The translations under genes and the position numbers were made by a program. The notes under the pieces were generated by a model that saw only the letters and a program-made list of their open reading frames with translations, ran no database searches and had not been told where the DNA came from. A stretch of 45,605 bases of DNA, counting the filler, from Streblomastix strix (Eukaryota): NCBI GenBank assembly GCA_008636045.1. It is 2 parts of 2 records of this genome, joined end to end, with 100 filler letters (N's around TTAATTAATTAA, not from the genome) between each part and the next. Parts side by side here need not be neighbours in the genome. Positions count along the whole stretch, not along the records: positions 22,854 to 45,605 come from SNRW01000310.1; 1 more part is not named here. One strand, written 5' to 3'. Positions 22,854 to 35,962 of this stretch are shown here, piece after piece. Position 1 is the stretch's first letter. Each line of letters starts with the position of its first letter.

Positions 22854-25800
22854 CCCCAGAATCAGATCTGACTCGTGCAGTATCGCAGGTTGGACTCAAC
22901 AAGATGGTTGAAGGTGGAAATGGATACGAATAAATATTCCACGATGAAAAAGACGAGGAAGAAAACTTCGATGATGATGAGGATAAGTAAATTGAAGGGT
23001 TTGTTAAAGCCAAGCAGAAATCAAAGTCGAAAACTGATGTTTGGGTAAATACACCGTCCAATGAGTTTTATGAAAGTATGAAGTTGGATTTGCTTATTTT
23101 TTAATATTGACTTTTTATAATAAAAAATTATTATTATTTCGAAATAATTTCTAATATTTAATTATAAATTAAAATTAAGCAATTTTTCTAAAATATTTTT
23201 ATATATTTTAAATAATTTTAAGAGTATAAGTAATAATAAGCTAATCCTCCAGGAGCTACAGGCGTTACTTAACTACTTCAATCAATGGGTCTTGGTACGA
23301 TAATAATAAATAATAATGAGACATATTATTAAATAATTTTATTTATATTAATTTAATATATAAATTTTAAATATTATTTATTAATTATTATTTTTTTAAT
23401 CAGTTTAAAGCTCTTCCTCTGAATTAGAATCACTAAATGCCTCTTCTTTAAAAGAATTTACTGAAATGCGGACAGCAATTGCAGCCGGTCCATTAAAATC
23501 CGCTTAAATGATTGGCGAACAGACTGAACAATAATCACTGCATCAAATTACATCAAATTATATAGAAATATAATAACAACAAACGCCGTCTTTGTTTACA
23601 GAGATGTCACAACAAATTTCATCCTAGAAAGAAGAATTACAATCACTTCAATTTTCATCCAAACAATTACAAATAATTTCACCTCAAATTTCATCATAAA
23701 AAGCAGAATAATCTCAAAAATCTGAAGAAACATCTGTTCCATTCCGACATTTGAGTCCTTCTCTAATATCTGGTTTACCTGGACAATAGTTATCATAAAT
23801 ACAGCAACAATTGTAATTAAACACTTCAAATGCAGCTGCTATAGCAAATATGCAGACTGGATAAACACAACCCACTCAAAATACTGGTTCATTTACTTAA
23901 CAGGGATCATAACTGTAAAATATGAGCACCATTGGTTTATCGCAAAGTTAACAGGCTCTTTTGAATCTGAATAACACAAACGCTTAGTTGAATTAATAAT
24001 CGTAATAAATAAATCCTAGTCAGATTACAGCTTAGGCAAATGCAGGAAATGCAAGTAATATTAACATCAATAACTTAATACAATAATTATTAGCATTATA
24101 ACAGTCACAATAACAAACACCATTATAACAGCAGTAAATTCAAGCACTTCAATAATAACTTGCTGGATCTGGTGTAAAATCAGTATAGCCATTAATTACA
24201 CCCAGAAATTCAATTATTAACATGAACACGCTAATCCAATAGCGGAATTCATTCGCGATGTCACAGTAATAAATGATGCTACAATTATAACTATAACAGT
24301 TAATGTCTCAAGCAGGTCTTTAAAACGATCCCCTCAAATCTTCCAATTAACTACAGAGCTTCTCTCAGCGTACGCCATTTCAAATTCAGTAATAACAGTT
24401 GCTGCTCCAATAGTTATAATAACAAGAAAGCCTTACTTCTGGATTATAAGGAATTGGGTCATCAGCATCATTTCAGAATGTCAATTTCGGTCAATTAGGA
24501 GGATTTGGGGGGACTTTGGCCCAGTCTCAGTATATGACATCGTCGGCTGCGCAGTAGTTGATGTAACTTCAATAATTGCAGTTGTAGTAGTAATAGCAGC
24601 AATTTTTAATAGAGAAAGAGAAATAAAAAGAGAAAGAGAAAGAAGATGAAGAAAGAAAGAAGAAAGAATAGGAATAAAATGAATAAGAATTAAAAGAAAA
24701 GGAATTGAAAGAAAAGGAATTGAAAGCGCATTTGCATTTGTAATAAATAGTTTGAATATATTTTATTATTTGAATAAAAAAAACATAATCATTATTTTTT
24801 ATATTATTAATAAATTAATTTTCCTATTAAATTATTAATAATCAAATAAACAGAGTTAAGATGAAGAGGAAACAGAACATGGAAAAGGTTTTTTGAGAGA
24901 TATAATTGTAGATGAAGCTTGGGAAGTGAAATTAGATAAAGATCTAACTAAACTATAAGTATGATTGAGTAAAGAATAGAAAATACTATATAACAAATTA
25001 ATTAGAATAAAATCAATTTAATTTAATTTCTGTTTATATTTATATTCAAATTCATCAATTTCTTTCTCCAAATATTCAGGCTGCTTATAATTAACTCCCT
25101 TCTCCAATTACTTTCAAATTCATTGTCAATATAATAGTATCATTAGTTGCCGAGTTACTTATTCTAATTGCTCTTATTGTAGTTGTTGTTATATTTGTCT
25201 AATTATACTCGTATGAATATAAGAATTATTTTTATTTTTTAAAATTGATGATATTTATTAAATTTTTGAATTCAATTAATTATTTAATTTATTAATTAGA
25301 GATGTTCCTGGTAATATTGTTGTGAGTGGAATTCGTCCTGCGCTCTGCACATAAATACATTATTTTGCTCAAAGGTAGAATTTGATACAATTTTTATTGT
25401 TTATTAAATAATAATATTCAATTTTTCATTAATTATTATTCACTTCTTTATAATTTATTTATTTACTATATCAGACTTCTGTACAATTATTCACAAATAG
25501 AAGTTCCTATTCGAGTTGAATTCACTCATTCTACGTCTCCTGTTTGGAATGATTCTTCTCATGTTTCTGCTAATAAGAATGTTATTAGATAGTGTGCTTA
25601 TATATATAAAATATTATAGATGTTGCTTTATTTATTATTTTTGATAAAGTTATATTTTTATTTCTTTGTTTTAATAATTTTATATTTTTTTAAAAAAAAT
25701 TTATTAGATTACTTTATGGTATTACTGAACAATTTCGTAAAATTCATGAAAATGTTCACTTTGGGACTAGTGACTATACAATAACAAAAGTATTACTAAA

Positions 25801-28254
25801 ATTTGACATAAAAATTTAAATTAAAAATATATTATAATAATATTTAAATTAATTATAAAATCATTCAGGACGAACTTGTTGACTAAATTTCTACGAAAAG
25901 AATATCTTCATCATAAACTGTGTAATTGTTGTTAGCGAATTAAACATGTTATATGCCAGAAGAAGAAGAATGTACTGTTACTACTTAATATAATGAAAAA
26001 GGCCCTGACAGAATTTACTCAGTTTGTAATATTTAATATTAGAATATTTATTAATAATTTATGATTATATAAAATATTAATTTATTTTATTAAATTTTTA
26101 ATAATATTAAATATAGCCTAATAATTTTTTACGATAATTTTCTTATTAATTTTTTTTAAACGCTTTTAATAATTTTCTCTAGATTTCATTTCCAGTGAGA
26201 GGGTTAAATTCACTTATATCAAGATTGAATTTATATATTGAGCAAATAAAGCACATGGATATTGAAATGATATTAGAAAGCGATTTTGTTGCAACTGGCA
26301 ATAGAAACTTTACAAGTTTATAAAAAAAATGAAAAATAAAAAATAATAGATAAATTAATAAATAAGGATACTTCAATCATTTAAATTATTTCATATTTTG
26401 TTTTCTAACGTTATTTATGTATTAAATTATATTAGGTTCTTCAGCATCAAATGCAACTCGGGTAAAAGGGAGAGCTGACAGCAATTAAATTGTTTGCAAT
26501 TCATAAATTAAGAGATAAATAAATAATTAATTATTAATTGAATATTATTTAATATTAATTTAAATTTAATTGAATTTTTTGATTAATATTTAAATTATTT
26601 CGATTTTTTTAGTTACGTTTCATTGTGTCTGCAATTCGTATGGATATATAAGAAGGATTGCTAAAACACTCAAGTATGATATTTTATCATCACTTCTAGT
26701 TACTTAATTAATTTAATTATTTTTTATTATTATTAATGTGTTTATTTCATATCATAATTTTAGGAGAAATTTTAGATTCGGGATTATCCTTAATATCATT
26801 GAGTAAAAATGTTCTAATTTATTCTGTAATAGGTAAATTATTTTAATATGAAATAATATTTAAATATCAATTATTTATTTTTATTCTCAAATATCAGGTT
26901 GTTCCGTTCTCTAACTCATTCTTGTTGTTACAAATGCTATTCCCTGGAGTTTGGATGTGGTATAGTTAATAATACTATATATTAAATATTAAATGCATAA
27001 TTAAATTTAATTATTGACAAATTTATTGTTTAAATAATAAATAATTTTGTTATCATTTAATATCAATTTACTTTCTTTACGTCCTATTATATATTAATAT
27101 TAAAATATAATAATACATAATACTCATTTTATAGGTCAGAGCCACAACTCAATCAAAGAAGCTTCTTTTACTCCTTCCTTCATAAGGACGTGGATCAGAT
27201 CGAGGAGATGACAGTGCAGAAGTTGAGATGCAGATGCTGCCAAGTATGAGAACTGGGTGTGAATATTTAAAAGTGTATTGGAAATATAATATATGTAATA
27301 ATAATAATAATAATTATTATTATTATTTTAATATAATATATTATATAAATTATTATTAATATATATATTAGTTATCCACCCATCGACAATGGCCGCGAGC
27401 GCATAATCGAAGCAGCCGTCGCACTCCTCGACGCGATCAAAACCAAAGAGTCGTAATCCCAGATCAATTCACTTCACTCAACACTTGTTCAGATCTCATA
27501 CAGACAATTCACTGTAGAAGAAAGGGAAATGATTTAGAGAGAATATACTGGATCAAAAGATATAACTATGAATGATATACTATAGTCGGGACCTGGTGAG
27601 TTAGGGACCAATGCGTAGTCTATTATGAATAATGTAGTTGGAACTATTAGAAGATTAGGAGTATAAAATGAAAAGGAAAATGAATTTGATAAGAAAAATG
27701 AATTAGATAAAATTGATATTAAGATTCTTCCACCTGTAGAATAATCTGAATAATTAAAAATTGAAACGCAATTAGCGTAATTATAGTAACAGTAATCATT
27801 AATCAACACATAACAACAAATCGGTCTTGATCAGAATGGATAGCCGATCTTAATTAATTCAGGAACACTTAATCATGATTCTTCAAATAATAAATCAGTT
27901 AAATAAATTGCAGGTCTAACAAATGACGATTTGCATGAAAGACCCAAAAAGGGTAAAAATCGAATGCATCATTTAATATCAACCAGCAGTGATCCCAAAC
28001 AGCACAACTTCAAGACTCATGCAAAAGAACACATAATCCTCAGATAAAGACTGACAATTATTGGGGATCAATTAAAAGTCACAGGCGATGTTGCATCTAA
28101 GATGATAGCGAAGCGGAATCTGATCAAACTATTTGACGTTCATTTCACAAATGCAGATATTGTGTTTGGAAACACGATTCCAGAGGAGGAGAGAACTGGG
28201 TTTGATGAAGATGAAGATGAGAAAGATGAATAAGAAGAAGATGATGATTAATGA
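22854..28254 (+). CDS. 3' part of a multi-exon TmcB-like multipass membrane protein ending in a hemerythrin-like domain
   Basis: About 13 GT-AG introns; Q-rich exon ~23404-24740; TM segment IVNIIVSLVAELLILIALIVVVVIFV, extracellular region, second TM region (~26800-26950); last exon 27372-28254 with TGYPPIDNGR...QFTVEEREM...HAKEH...FDVHFTNADIVFG. Some exon borders are approximate. Confidence 0.7.
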
Positions 28255-28740
28255 TTAATGATTTGACTAGATGAAATGAAATGATGTTGAAATGATTTGA
28301 GAGAAGATTAATGAATGAGCTGAATATATGCAGATGGAAGAAGAGTGTTTAATTTATTTTTTTTTTAGATTTATTTTTGTTTTAGATTTATTTTATTTAA
28401 TTTGTATATCTGAAAGTTGATTTAATTATGAAAATATTTTCAAGGGAATCGCATTTTTATTAAATCTAATAATCAATTTTATTAATTGAATTTATATGTC
28501 CTACCCTATTTTATTTATTTTTCATTTTATTTTTAGATTATTTTAATATACATTCTAATTAATTATATAATATTATGTTACCCATAATATATATTTATCC
28601 ACTTCAATTGAAACATATGTATTTTTATTTCAATTTTATAGTCATAATTATTAACGTCTATTTTGCGAAGTATATATTTATTGGTTATTTTTAACAGTTT
28701 TAATTGAATAATACAAAATTGTTAATAAATGAAGTTTTAT
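27887..28740 (+). repeat. Direct repeat copy 1 (~850 nt: end of last exon, 3' UTR and downstream DNA)
   Basis: Near-identical to 35025-35855, e.g. GCATGAAAGACCCAAAAAGGGTAAAAA and GGAAGAAGAGTGTTTAATTT; right border approximate. Confidence 0.9.
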
Positions 28741-29141
28741 TAATAATTTCTTTTAAACTATTATAATTGATGATGAATTTAATATTAATTTTAAATCAAC
28801 TCCAGCTTACATCAATTATCCAATACTTTAAATAAAAAATTTGATAAAATATATGTATTACAAAATTTATTTCGAAATAATATTAAAATAGTGAACTTGT
28901 TGTACCTTATAAATCAGAAAATTCAATAAATTAATAAAAATTGCTTTTAAAAACATGTTTAAATTGTTTCATATGTAGTTAAATTAAATATATAAACAAC
29001 AGTTAGACATTTATACCAATTATTTAATATATTATGTGAAATACGCACATTTCAATCTATTATTTAACAATTAATTTTCATTTTATTTTTTTATACATTT
29101 TTTCAGATACTTTCATTGTTAAAACAGCGATATTGTTATTC

Positions 29142-29992
29142 ATGGGATAATTATCATCAAAGAATGAATAAACCGTTAATTAGAATAATTTGGAACATTT
29201 AAAAAGTATTAAAATATAAATTATTAAATTTTTATTTTTTAATTTTATTTTTATAAATTAGAAAAGGAAATAAAATAACTAAATCATCTATCTTAATCAA
29301 TAATTTTGTTTGCAAAATCAAATAATCTTCTGATTTAACAAGATTACAATCAAAAACAGGAAAAATTATCAATAAAATTGATTTCTTCATCCAAAGCTAA
29401 AACATATCTAAAGTAATTGTCATAATTCTTAAGAGAGAATCCTTTGAGATGCAAAACAGCCATAAATGTAACAAATCTGGTCTAGTCTCTAGTATTTCTC
29501 ATCACTTATAATATCAAATTCCACGTCATCAATTAATAAGTTAAAGAAGATTTATCAATTAATATTAGAATGCTTAGTATGGCTTGTATTGCTTTTATTC
29601 AATGTGAAATTCCAACATATATCAATCCTCAATTACTGCATCTCAACTATTTGAATTCATTAGTTATGATTGCATCTACATGTGGAGGATACATATCATA
29701 GAATGATATCGAAATATATTGTATTCTTTTTTGGATGTCAAAATTCATACTTGACTAACTCAAATAAAAAATCTTAGGGATATAAGATGAATCCAAATAT
29801 GAATTAATTACAACCTTTATAGAATGTCAATAATAAATAGAAGATATTGGTGGAAATGAAGAAATTAATGCTTAGTTGTTTAATGAAGGTTTCAATGGCC
29901 ATATCAAGTACAATGCAGTGTTGATCTAAGAAGAGTAATTGAACTATTTTTGGGATAAAAGTAATTCACATCATTATTTCTGGTGGATTTGA
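29142..29992 (+). CDS. Uncharacterised helical (ARM-like) family protein, 264 aa; exons 29142-29205 and 29262-29992
   Basis: MGQLSS start (possible myristoylation), 56-nt GT-AG intron restores the frame; C-terminal QQIEDIGGNEEINAQLFNEGFNGHIK shared with the two minus-strand paralogues. Confidence 0.7.
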
Positions 29993-30396
29993 ATTACTTC
30001 AATAAATTATCTATTTTATATCTGTTTTAATGAAGATCAAATAAAAAATGTAAGTGTTTATTTATTTTACTGTGAAATTACTATCAAAATAAATATATAA
30101 ATCAAAATGATGAATTGATGGAACATATGGATATTCAACTGCATAATATCAAATGCTTGGATAACCAGGATTTGATAGGCAAACACAAGAACTAAAATTT
30201 GACATGCTAAAAAAGATATATATAATAATAATAATTATATGTTGTGTTTTGTTCCAACTTTTCTAAGCCAAAGTTAAATATTGTAGAAAATATATTTATG
30301 ATTTATTTTTATTTAAAATATTAAGACAATAAAATACTGATTGTACTAATTAGTATGAAATTGATAATTAATATACGAATAAAAAACAAAATAAAT

Positions 30397-31947
30397 TCAC
30401 CAATTATACCATTCTGGTTTTGGATTGCATTATTCTATGAAGATGTTTTATATCAATTCTTTGGCTAAATTTACACCAATCTTGATATCACCATTAAATC
30501 CTTTATTTATTTATTATGAATCTATTTCTTCATTCCCACCTTCTTCCTCAATTTGCTCATATGATCTATGAGCAAGAAGAGGTTGAGGTGGGAATGTTTC
30601 ATTATAATTTCTCCCATTATTAAGTTTATAGAGGAATCTGTATATGTAATCCAATCCTTTATAGATCTCATTATCTTTTTCTTCTCCAGAACCACTAGCA
30701 GTACTAATTGCAATAACTAACACTCCAATATAATTAGCATTAACAAGTTCAGATTGAACAGATACATCACCATAATATTGAATATGCCACAGACACTTTA
30801 TACAGCTATCTCTAACTTCTAATGTTTATTGATCATTCTCATAACTCAAATGAGTACCGATCTTATAAATAGAAAGTGCAGTAAGTGAATGGAGAACTTT
30901 TGGTGTATTAATCACTTCTTTACATTTATTATCATTACTTTAGATTAGATTATCAAGGAGATTAATAGAAGATGTGATAAGTGAAATGGAAGAGGATGAG
31001 TCTGATTATTATTAATTGTTCTATTATTCTAATGAGTCAGTTTTCTTGTTGAATTGAGACTAGGATGCAAACTAAATAAGAGGATGTGTAAGATGTGGAA
31101 TAATGTTATGATCATTCACTAATATTTCTTTGAATCCTTAATCGTTCTATGGTATTTCATTGAGAGTTTAGTATACAGCAGATTTTAATTCTATTAAAGC
31201 AAGAGATTGTGGTATATTGATGTATTATTAACAATTGATATTAGTTGGACAATTGAGATGAATAAGTGGAACAATTCTTTCTTTCAGAATATTAGTAATC
31301 TGATCTGGAATCCTTTTTTCATAATTCGGATCTTTCTCATTAAATAATGAACAAACTTTAATTAATAATGATGATTATTTTAATTCGCTTTCCATTACTT
31401 CATTCTCTTATTCATTCTTGTTTCCTTTATTATTTTCTTCTTTTAATTTATTGATTGTGTGTAATAAATTATTTATATTATTTCGAATAACTTATATATA
31501 AGAATTAATCATTTATTATTCAGATTCTCTTCCTTTCATAATTTGAATTTGTAGTCTTATTAATTATTCAGTTTCATCTGAATATTTTATTTATTCCTTT
31601 TCTTCTTCAATCTTATCTTTTATCATTTATTCAATCTTATTAACGAGTCCAGAGTTCAGAATAACATTGAAAAATTAGTTATTATACGTTATTTCTTTTT
31701 CTGCAATTAATTCAATTATATCCAATAGAATCTTCTTTATTCCACTTCTACAATCATTAATATAACTCCGAATTAATTTGAATGCATCAATATTAAATAT
31801 ATTTCTTAATTCATCTAATTATTTCTTTTTCAATTCATTATATATTTCTCTTATTTTCATTTCTTTCTATTTATCATTAATACTTTTTGATTCAATAACG
31901 GTCTGAATATCTTACATTATTTAATGTAGTTCATTCTTCTGATTCAT
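30397..31947 (-). CDS. Uncharacterised helical (ARM-like) family protein, 516 aa, intronless
   Basis: Uninterrupted 517-codon frame MNQKNELHQIMQDIQ...ISTASGSGEEKD...EQIEEEGGNEEIDSQ...PEWYNW* with TAR=Gln. Confidence 0.85.
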
Positions 31948-33044
31948 TCTAAATAAAAATAAAGAAATAATAAAATTTCAAAAAAATAATAAATTTTATT
32001 TCATATATATGGTGAAAAGCAATAATAGATAATATCATAATAGCAAAGTAATATATAGATGGTTAAAATATTAATTTGAAAGATTATCTCTTATCATAAT
32101 TCTGTTAATGTAAGTTATTAAGCAATTTGATGCATTCATTAATCAATGTGTAATAATTGCGTATCAGTGAGTGGAAATCCTAAATTAGTATGTGGCAGTC
32201 GTAAACCAGTGTGAGGCGGTCGCTAATCGAGTGGTACTCGAAAATCAGCTAATGGTAGTTACAACCGAGCATTAGGTAATTTCTTATTAATATATTGCAT
32301 TTTATGGATATGAAAATCACTTGCCCGATGTATGCTGCACAAATAATATCATTTTACTACCAAATAGTAGAATAAATTGCGTTTGAATTGATCTTTCTAA
32401 AACAGATCGTGTTCTAGTGGATAAGTGAACGAATTAAATGGTTGTAGATAGATATGAATAATATTTCATGCTCTTTTGCATTTATTTGATATCATAAAAG
32501 TTTCACATGTGCATTAAGAGAAAAATCAACATTTATTCGAAATAATTTGTTTGGCTGTGTTCTGGTAAGCAAATAACTTCATAATATGCATTAATGGTTA
32601 TGTTTTGAAATAAATCGAAATAATCTTGGAAGTGAAGTATATAAAAGTGAGAAAATTGTTCTAACTTTTCAGGATTAATAAATGGAACATTTCACAAGGT
32701 ACGATTTGACATTCATATTTCTATTTTTATAATTTGATAGAAATTTATTTTTCATATTCATTTTAATGAGTGATAAGCTATATTAATCACAGTATCTTTC
32801 ATATTTTACATTTTTATTACTTATACATGTCTTGTTTATTAAGTATATTAAATCACAAATTTTGAAATGTTTTTTAACTATTATCATTTTATCCTAATAT
32901 TTAATATAACTACCTGTTTCTAACCAATTAAAATTGAATTAATATTTCCAATAATAAATGGCGTTTTATGCAATAATGATGGCTATAATATTATTAATAA
33001 GCTACATATTCTTCATATTTGTTTATATCCCTGTTATTATTACA

Positions 33045-35076
33045 GAATTATAAATTTAAATTACAACACGAAGCCAAGTTTTCTTGTTTCAATCTTTGAG
33101 TATTGCTTTGTTTTCAGGTTGTTCAGGAGTTTCTTTTAACCCTTAAAACGTTCTGATATAAGAAACATCATGTTCTAAGAAGTGTTAAAGAAAATAGGGT
33201 ATACAACATTTCTTTTTTACAACATTAATCCTTATCCTACTGTTTTTTGTTTAAATTAACTTCATTAAACTCTATTTCGAACCATCTTTCTACTTACCAT
33301 CCAACACAACACGTATTATTTTCTTCATCCTATTTGCATTCATGTTCTTTACAACAGTTTTTATACGGTTTCTTATTACAATATAAAACAAATAAGAAAA
33401 GAAAATCGCAAAAGATCTGCAATCTTTGTCATAACAGTTGATTTGGATCACTATCTTCATATCTCCTGGAATAATGTATAGTATCATGACTAGATCTATA
33501 AATTGCATTATTCATTTGAATAAAATAATCGATGAATATTGTCATCCTAAATTGAACTTAGAAGAAGCTATTATATGGATAATTTTGAAACTACTAGCGA
33601 TTGTTTTCTCGTTCGTTATAAGAATCTTCTCGTATGAATTCTTAATGCACACAAAGTTCATCATAGCGAGCCGCGATTGGATATTCAATGGGTGGCTACT
33701 AGTTATACAAAATATATCGACTGCTATTCAAACAATCTTAGTTGAAAAATCTCCTCTAGTTTCTGCACTCTTGAATGTTGGAGTGCATTGCCTTTATTGT
33801 GAATATGTTATATTCAAAAGTCCAATGAAACGGATTGATGGGAATCAATTAGGAGGATTATATTTATGGGTTGTAGGATCTGGTGGTATTGTCAGTCTAA
33901 TTCTTACACCTCTGAATGCTCTAAGGTCAATGAATAGTGTTTGTATGAAAGTACTCTCTAATATTGTATTCTACGTATCAATTGTAGTATTAATAATCAT
34001 ATCTGGTTTAGCTGGATATACAATTGTTGGAAGAATAGCTATTAATTTATGAGTTATTAGGCGTGTAACTGTTCTGAGAGAAACTTAACTATGAAATGCA
34101 GCTTATATGAATAATGAAGTTTTCAATTTGAAAAAGAATCTAATTGGAGAATAATAAATAAGAAACTCAAATATTCCAATTATTCCATGATCATATTCAG
34201 GATCAATATCGCAATAATCATCTGTTTGAAATATATCAACTAAGAGTTCTTTAACTAAACTTGAAATTATATTTAATGTAACAGATAAAAATAAAAAGAA
34301 TAATAAATTGAAAGAAATAAAAGTTGGATTCAGTGTAAAGGTGGGAGAAGATGAAGATACTGAATATATATTGGATTTAGTACTTAAAGAAGTACTTGAA
34401 TAGTTCCATTAACATCTCGTTGTGCTAGATGCTATTGATATAAGTAATAACTAAAAAGCAAGGTGCACATAATAGGCATAATAATCATAATTATCACATA
34501 CCTAATATACATAATAATAATCATATATATCATAATAATTATATATATCATGGAGATTATTTTGCTACATACCATCATGAAGATGGAGATCATTCACATT
34601 AAAAATCAGTTATGATTCCATTGAGTCAATCTAGTTGTATCACTTAATCTTCAAAGAAATATCTATCCGAAAAAAGCAGCTCTTCTTCTCTAACTAAAAA
34701 ATATGCAGATAATCCATGAGATAGTATTGCAATACCTTATATAAATGATTATGCAACATATGTCTGGGCATATGATCTTTCATCACATCCTGAATTACTG
34801 ATGGCCACATATCCTCTTAAATAAAATACACAACTGAATAAATCTGTTTTTAAATCTTATAAGACTGTATCTGATTTAGATAAATGATTTATGTATCTAT
34901 AGGATGAATCATTTGCATAGAGTTAAGATGTTTTCAAGTTCACAGAATCAGTTTATGCATCATTTCTTCGTAAAGAAGAATTTAGACATAGCGCTGAATT
35001 ACACAAAACATATGCCTTCTTCCTATAATAAATCAGTTAAATAAATTCCAGGTCTAACAAATTACGATTTGCATGA
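33045..35076 (+). pseudogene. N-terminal multi-TM part of a TmcB-like membrane protein, disrupted and fused out of frame to the duplicated hemerythrin-tail exon
   Basis: Multiple hydrophobic helices (33200-34050), KSPMKRIDGNQL motif, later FKFTESVYASFLRK...HSAELHKTYAFFL TPR-like helix pair; several in-frame TGAs (e.g. 34050). 5' end uncertain; small upstream exons are possible near 32674. Confidence 0.55.
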
Positions 35077-35855
35077 AAGACCCAAAAAGGGTAAAAACCA
35101 AATGCAGCATTTAATATCAACCAGCAATGATCCCAAACAGCACAACTTCAAGACTCATGCAAAAGAACATATAATCCTCAGATAAAGACTAACAATTATT
35201 GGGGATCAATTAAAAGTCACAGGCGATGTTGCATCTAAGATGATAGCGAAGCGGAATCTGATCAAATTATTTGACGTTCATTTCACAAATGCAGATATTG
35301 TGTTTGGAAACATGATTCCAGAAGAAGAGAGAACTGGGTTTGATGAAGATGAAGATGAAAAAGATGAAGAAGAAGATGATTAATGATTAATGATTTGAAG
35401 TGATTAAATGAAATGATGTTGAAATGATTTGAGAGAAGATTAATGATTGAGCTATAAATATGCCGATGGAAGAAGAGTGTTTAATTTTTTTTTTTGTTTT
35501 AGATTTATTTTATTTAATTTGTATGTCTGAATGTTGATTAAATTATGGAAATATTTTCAAGCGAATCACATTTTTATTAAAACTAATAATCAATTTTATT
35601 AATAGAATTTATGTCCTACCCTATTTTATTATTTTTTCATTTTATTTTTAGATTATTATAATATACATTCGAATTAATTATATAATATTATGTTACCCAA
35701 AATATATATTTATTCACTTCAATTAAAACATGAATATTTTTATTTTAATTTAATAGATACTGTTATTAACGTCTATTTTATTCAATATATATTTATATTT
35801 AATTTTTAACTGTTTTTAATTGAATAATACAAAATTACTATTAAGTAAAGTAATT
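35025..35855 (+). repeat. Direct repeat copy 2, with the C-terminal half of the hemerythrin-like domain (own stop 35384-35386)
   Basis: Near-identical to 27887-28740 with scattered substitutions and small indels. Confidence 0.9.
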
Positions 35856-35962
35856 AATATTTGATAAAATGATTCTTTAAACAATGAATTTTAAATCATT
35901 GTATTAGATTGTTAAGAACAGATGTAAAAAATGTACATGGTTATGAATGAGATCAAAACTCC

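Noticed and set aside
24690..24726. 15-nt tandem repeat AAAGAAAAGGAATTG as a CRISPR-like or regulatory array
   Set aside because: No spacers; it simply encodes LKEKE repeats inside an exon.
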